Positions 63,957 to 64,000 of a stretch of DNA of 64,000 nucleotides are shown piece after piece. The notes beneath the pieces are model-generated. The model had not been told where the DNA came from, did no database searches, and was given only the letters and a program-made list of their open reading frames with translations. The DNA comes from Gekko japonicus. Lineage: Eukaryota. The DNA lies in the NCBI RefSeq assembly GCF_001447785.1, contig NW_015166417.1, positions 1,920,167 through 1,984,166 of the forward strand. Reading direction: 5' to 3'. Both the position numbers and the translations under genes were made by a program. How positions within the stretch are numbered: position 1 is the first letter of the stretch; every line of letters starts with the position of its first letter.

Positions 63957-64000
63957 TAAGAAGAGCTCTACTGGATCAGACCAGTGGTCCATCTAGTCCA
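63957..64000 (-). mobile_element. CR1-type 3' end at the window edge
   Basis: TGGACTAGATGGACCACTGGTCTGATCCAG on the - strand. Confidence 0.55.

Overview
This is vertebrate (squamate reptile, probably gecko) genomic DNA, judged from its Sauria SINE, Squam2/Squam3 SINE and Bov-B content. It has three assembly gaps. The window holds one complete protein-coding gene, DAPL1 (+ strand, coding exons 3438-3501, 9906-9993, 12397-12457, 15951-16070, 110 aa). The ORF track misses it because the exons are short. A repeat-dense interval of about 40 kb follows, then a CpG-island promoter and non-coding first exon (donor at 56689/56690), probably TANC1 by synteny (PKP4-DAPL1-TANC1 in human). Nearly all listed ORFs are spurious or are LINE remnants. 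The most notable signals are: (1) an intact minimal hammerhead ribozyme core of Penelope type (50110-50149, - strand), plus several CpG-decayed copies; (2) a young chimeric SINE (49139-49828) with a Sauria-SINE head and an L2-type tail, whose comparison with the Sauria copies shows compensatory pairings outlining a pseudoknot; (3) a miR-302/427/430-family 8mer in the short DAPL1 3'UTR; (4) a non-autonomous Helitron; (5) MITE families carrying composite transcription-factor motifs. Repeat family names come from recalled consensus features, not from a database search.
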